Shown here in pieces: positions 61,797 to 64,000 of a stretch of DNA of 64,000 nucleotides. Positions within the stretch are counted from its first letter, which is position 1. Every line of letters begins with the position of its first letter. Made by a program: the position numbers and the translations under genes. Source of the DNA: Elusimicrobia bacterium GWA2_51_34 (GTDB lineage: Bacteria > Elusimicrobiota > Elusimicrobia > Elusimicrobiales > UBA9959); the NCBI GenBank assembly GCA_001799565.1, contig MGTS01000018.1, positions 23,344 to 87,343 on the forward strand, read 5' to 3'. The notes beneath the pieces are model-generated. The model had not been told where the DNA came from. It did no database searches and was given only the letters and a program-made list of their open reading frames with translations.

Positions 61797-62583
61797 ACGA
61801 TATCAGCTCCATTACCCTGTGCTCAAAACCCGGCCCGCCCACCGAGGTAAGCACCCTGCCTTTCCAGGGCGCGTAATATTCATAAATCCAGGATGGCATA
61901 CCAGCCATGCGGCGGCTTACTTTAATACAATTACCAAACTCGCCGGCGCGCGTTTTAATTTTCAGGCCCTCGGCCTCAACCTTGAAAGATACGCGCCCGC
62001 CCCGATCATGTGAAGTCCAGCTAAGGCCCAAACGCGGCGGGTTCCTGAGGATAATTGTATCAAAACCGCCCTGCTTTTCTATCAAGTCTCCGCCGGAAAG
62101 ATAATAGGCGCGTTTTTGCCGTATTACCAGCTGACGGCCGGCGTAAATACAATTTTCCGCGGTGGTTTTATCAGGGGCTACCGCGGTAATTGAAAATTCA
62201 TATCTGGCGTTTTTGCCGCCGGTCTGTGAGTCGCCGTACAACCAGCTGCCTGCCGCGTTAACAGGAAAATAATCGGGGCATAAGAACAGCCCGCGAAGCG
62301 CCTCGCTCCTGAGCGGCGTGGCGGGATAATTTCTAAGGAGTCTTTCAAAAAGCGGACCTGATTTTGAACAGAGGCTGAATTCTTTTGAATAAATACCGGC
62401 AGCCTTAAAAAGCGCCTGCTGGGCCCTGGGATCCGAGGGGCTTTTTTCCGCAAAAAGAGCATAGTGCTCCGCAGCCCCCAGCATCAGCCCCTGGGAGCGG
62501 AGTTTTTCCGCTTCTTCGTAATGGTAATTTCCGCAAGCCGTAAGGAACGCCGCGGCAAACGAAAGTAAAAATATTTTTCTCAT
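61777..62583 (-). CDS. Hypothetical lipoprotein
   Basis: 268 aa with a lipobox FLTAC. It overlaps the downstream nuclease gene by 20 nt. Confidence 0.5.
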   Translation of the reverse strand: MRKIFLLSFAAAFLTACGNYHYEEAEKLRSQGLMLGAAEHYALFAEKSPSDPRAQQALFKAAGIYSKEFSLCSKSGPLFERLLRNYPATPLRSEALRGLFLCPDYFPVNAAGSWLYGDSQTGGKNARYEFSITAVAPDKTTAENCIYAGRQLVIRQKRAYYLSGGDLIEKQGGFDTIILRNPPRLGLSWTSHDRGGRVSFKVEAEGLKIKTRAGEFGNCIKVSRRMAGMPSWIYEYYAPWKGRVLTSVGGPGFEHRVMELISYEEKTK

Positions 62584-62678
62584 TATAAAGAAGAGATTAC
62601 GGTGATAGAGAAGCGATTACAGCGATAATAAGAAACTGCTCAGTCCCGCTTTGTCATTGCGAGCGGTAGCGAAGCAAT

Positions 62679-62713
62679 CTCAGTCGCGGACAGTCCGCCT
62701 AAGGCGGACTCGC
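62679..62713. repeat. REP-like hairpin, TCCGCC-TAA-GGCGGA variant (inverted relative to 52224-52257)
   Basis: ctcagtcgcggacagtccgcctaaggcggactcgc, preceded by gtcattgcgagcggtagcgaagcaatc. Confidence 0.6.
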
Positions 62714-62835
62714 AATAACACCCTGGGCAGTTACGATAATAAACAACCGAATCGACCAACCCGAACTTGTCACCCACGTCTATTCCTTAATCACTGTAAC
62801 CTACGCAGACTTTTTCAGTGCCCCTTTAAAATCTA

Positions 62836-63154
62836 TACCCCCATCAGGAATCGGCCACAGGTTCTCGGGCCGCCGTCGCGGCCCTCGCCCTTCGGCCACA
62901 GCTCGCGGTTTCGCCTGCTGGCCTGATTGCCTGAATTGTGTCCATAGCAGTCCTCTGGAAGCCCAGTCCACCCAACACCGCTCCGCTTTTCGATTCCTGA
63001 CGTGAAGACCGGCTTTAGAGCGAAACATAATTATGTTTCGCGTCCGGTCCGCAAGGGCGGAGGCGTCCACATCAGGCGAACGCCGAGCCGGGGTCGCGGA
63101 AAACCGCTATGCGGTTTATCCGTGACAGCCAAGCAGTTGGCTCGCTATGGGGCC
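62836..63154 (-). ncRNA. tRNA-Arg-framed structured RNA-like element, expanded and partly degenerate copy (319 nt)
   Basis: Has the same arm layout as 63166-63313. The core has a ~50-nt expansion, and ~120 extra nt lie between the T-stem 5' strand and the conserved hairpin. The acceptor 3' strand carries one substitution. Confidence 0.55.
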
Positions 63155-63165
63155 ATGAAAATTCA

Positions 63166-63313
63166 TGCCCCCATCAGGAATCGGTCACGGGTTCCCGGTT
63201 CGCCGACGCTCACCAGGCCCCGCGACCCCGCCTCGCGGTTTCGTCTGCTGACTCAACATCGCTCCGGCTTTCGATTCCTGACGCGAGACAAGCAGTTGTC
63301 TCGCTATGGGGCC
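63166..63313 (-). ncRNA. tRNA-Arg-framed structured RNA-like element (148 nt)
   Basis: The 3' 18 nt are identical to the tRNA-Arg 3' end (C56 to A73). The 5' GGCCCCA resembles the tRNA-Arg acceptor 5' strand. Hairpin gcgagac-aactgctt-gtctcgc. The core aligns without gaps to 41898-42045, and an 11-nt spacer atgaaaattca separates it from the tRNA. Confidence 0.6.
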
Positions 63314-63324
63314 ATGAAAATTCA

Positions 63325-63396
63325 TGCCCCCATCAGGAATCGAACCTGAATTACCTGCTTAGAAGGCAGGTGCTCTATCCATTGAGCTATGGGGGC
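63325..63396 (-). tRNA. tRNA-Arg (anticodon UCU)
   Basis: Manual cloverleaf: GCCCCCA acceptor, D-arm GCUC/GAGC, anticodon arm CCUGC-CUUCUAA-GCAGG, T-arm UCAGG-UUCGAUU-CCUGA, discriminator A. CCA is not encoded. Confidence 0.93.
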
Positions 63397-63408
63397 GAAT
63401 CCATTGGT

Positions 63409-63414
63409 ATTATA
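63409..63414 (-). promoter_or_regulatory. Candidate -10 box for the tRNA-Arg transcription unit
   Basis: The minus strand reads TATAAT, 12 nt upstream of the tRNA 5' end. No convincing -35 element. Confidence 0.35.
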
Positions 63415-63557
63415 GAATTTTTTAGCGGCGTTGTTTTATCGCAGGATGACATCGGGGAAGTGCACGCCAGCGTCTGACCGGATGATATGCGCGCAAAATG
63501 CTAATAAGCGGAATTAAATTCATATAAAACAAAACGGCCGGGAACACCATGCCGGGA

Positions 63558-64000
63558 TCAAGCCGCCGCCGACTGGCCGGCCAGATAGCCGGTGGAAAAA
63601 GCCTCCTGTAAATTATAGCCGCCGGTAATTCCGTCAAGATCCATCACCTCGCCGCAAAAATAGAGTCCGCGTACAATACGCGACTCCATTGTCAGCGGAT
63701 TTATTTCGGTTAAATTCACGCCCCCGCGCGTGACGGTAGCCTCCTGTATGGGGCGCGGCCTGGTTATATGTATTCTAAAATCGCCGAACATCTCCGCTAT
63801 TTTAGCGCGTTCCGCGCCGGTAATGGACGCGCACTGCCTGGCGTGGTCAATGCCGCAGCGGCGCTCAAACACGGGAGCAAGCGAATTAGGCAAAGCCGCT
63901 TTGAGATAACTTGAAAACAGCCTGGCGCCGTTAGCGGCAAAATAATCCTGTATAGCCCCGGTTAATTTTCCGGCCGCGCGCTCCGGTTCCAGATTTAAAG
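63558..64000 (-). CDS. HI0933/BaiN-like FAD-dependent oxidoreductase, C-terminal part (gene continues beyond window end)
   Basis: The C-terminus RGGVNLTEINPLTMESRIVRGLYFCGEVMDLDGITGGYNLQEAFSTGYLAG is typical of this flavoprotein family. The frame stays open to the window edge. Confidence 0.8.
   Translation of the reverse strand, partial: LNLEPERAAGKLTGAIQDYFAANGARLFSSYLKAALPNSLAPVFERRCGIDHARQCASITGAERAKIAEMFGDFRIHITRPRPIQEATVTRGGVNLTEINPLTMESRIVRGLYFCGEVMDLDGITGGYNLQEAFSTGYLAGQSAAA

Overview
This window is a bacterial chromosomal segment of moderately high GC. It has diderm-type envelope genes: LolA-like, AsmA-like, TolQ/TolR/TonB-like and an OMP-like protein. Lineage cannot be assigned from the sequence alone.

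Most of the window is ordinary housekeeping. It includes cinA, a glutamine synthetase-like gene, rpsO-pnp, a BCCP, ftsK, lolA, pgsA, pgpA and groES-groEL behind two CIRCE operators. It also includes yggS, mtnA, tsaC/sua5, mgtE, cutA, maf, queD, trxB, several metabolic kinases and ligases, and a Ser/Thr-kinase / PP2C / FHA / response-regulator cluster. Two tRNA genes are present on the minus strand, tRNA-Ser(GCU) and tRNA-Arg(UCU).

The unusual content is non-coding:
- **tRNA-framed elements.** Three copies of a roughly 148-nt structured RNA-like element sit next to the two tRNA genes. In each copy the terminal arms reproduce the acceptor stem and T stem of the adjacent tRNA, and they enclose a conserved core that shows compensatory changes. 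One copy is expanded and carries an inverted fragment of the core.
- **RNA island at 39.6-42.6 kb.** It contains a 74-nt duplication bracketing a visibly lower-GC HEAT-repeat gene, a MITE-like or sRNA-like unit with 20-nt inverted termini, a truncated tRNA-Ser copy with a twin-hairpin insertion, and two GC-rich hairpin-dense tracts.
- **ORF-free region after groEL.** About 770 nt between convergent genes contains a 200-nt rod-like candidate RNA and other structured modules.
- **Word-repeat hairpins.** A pervasive superfamily of intergenic hairpins is built from shuffled 7-8-nt words. It includes a 10-nt tandem array and a roughly 150-nt element present as an inverted pair 8 kb apart.

No CRISPR array, rRNA, integrase or transposase gene was seen. 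All RNA-structure claims come from manual inspection and need computational and experimental confirmation.
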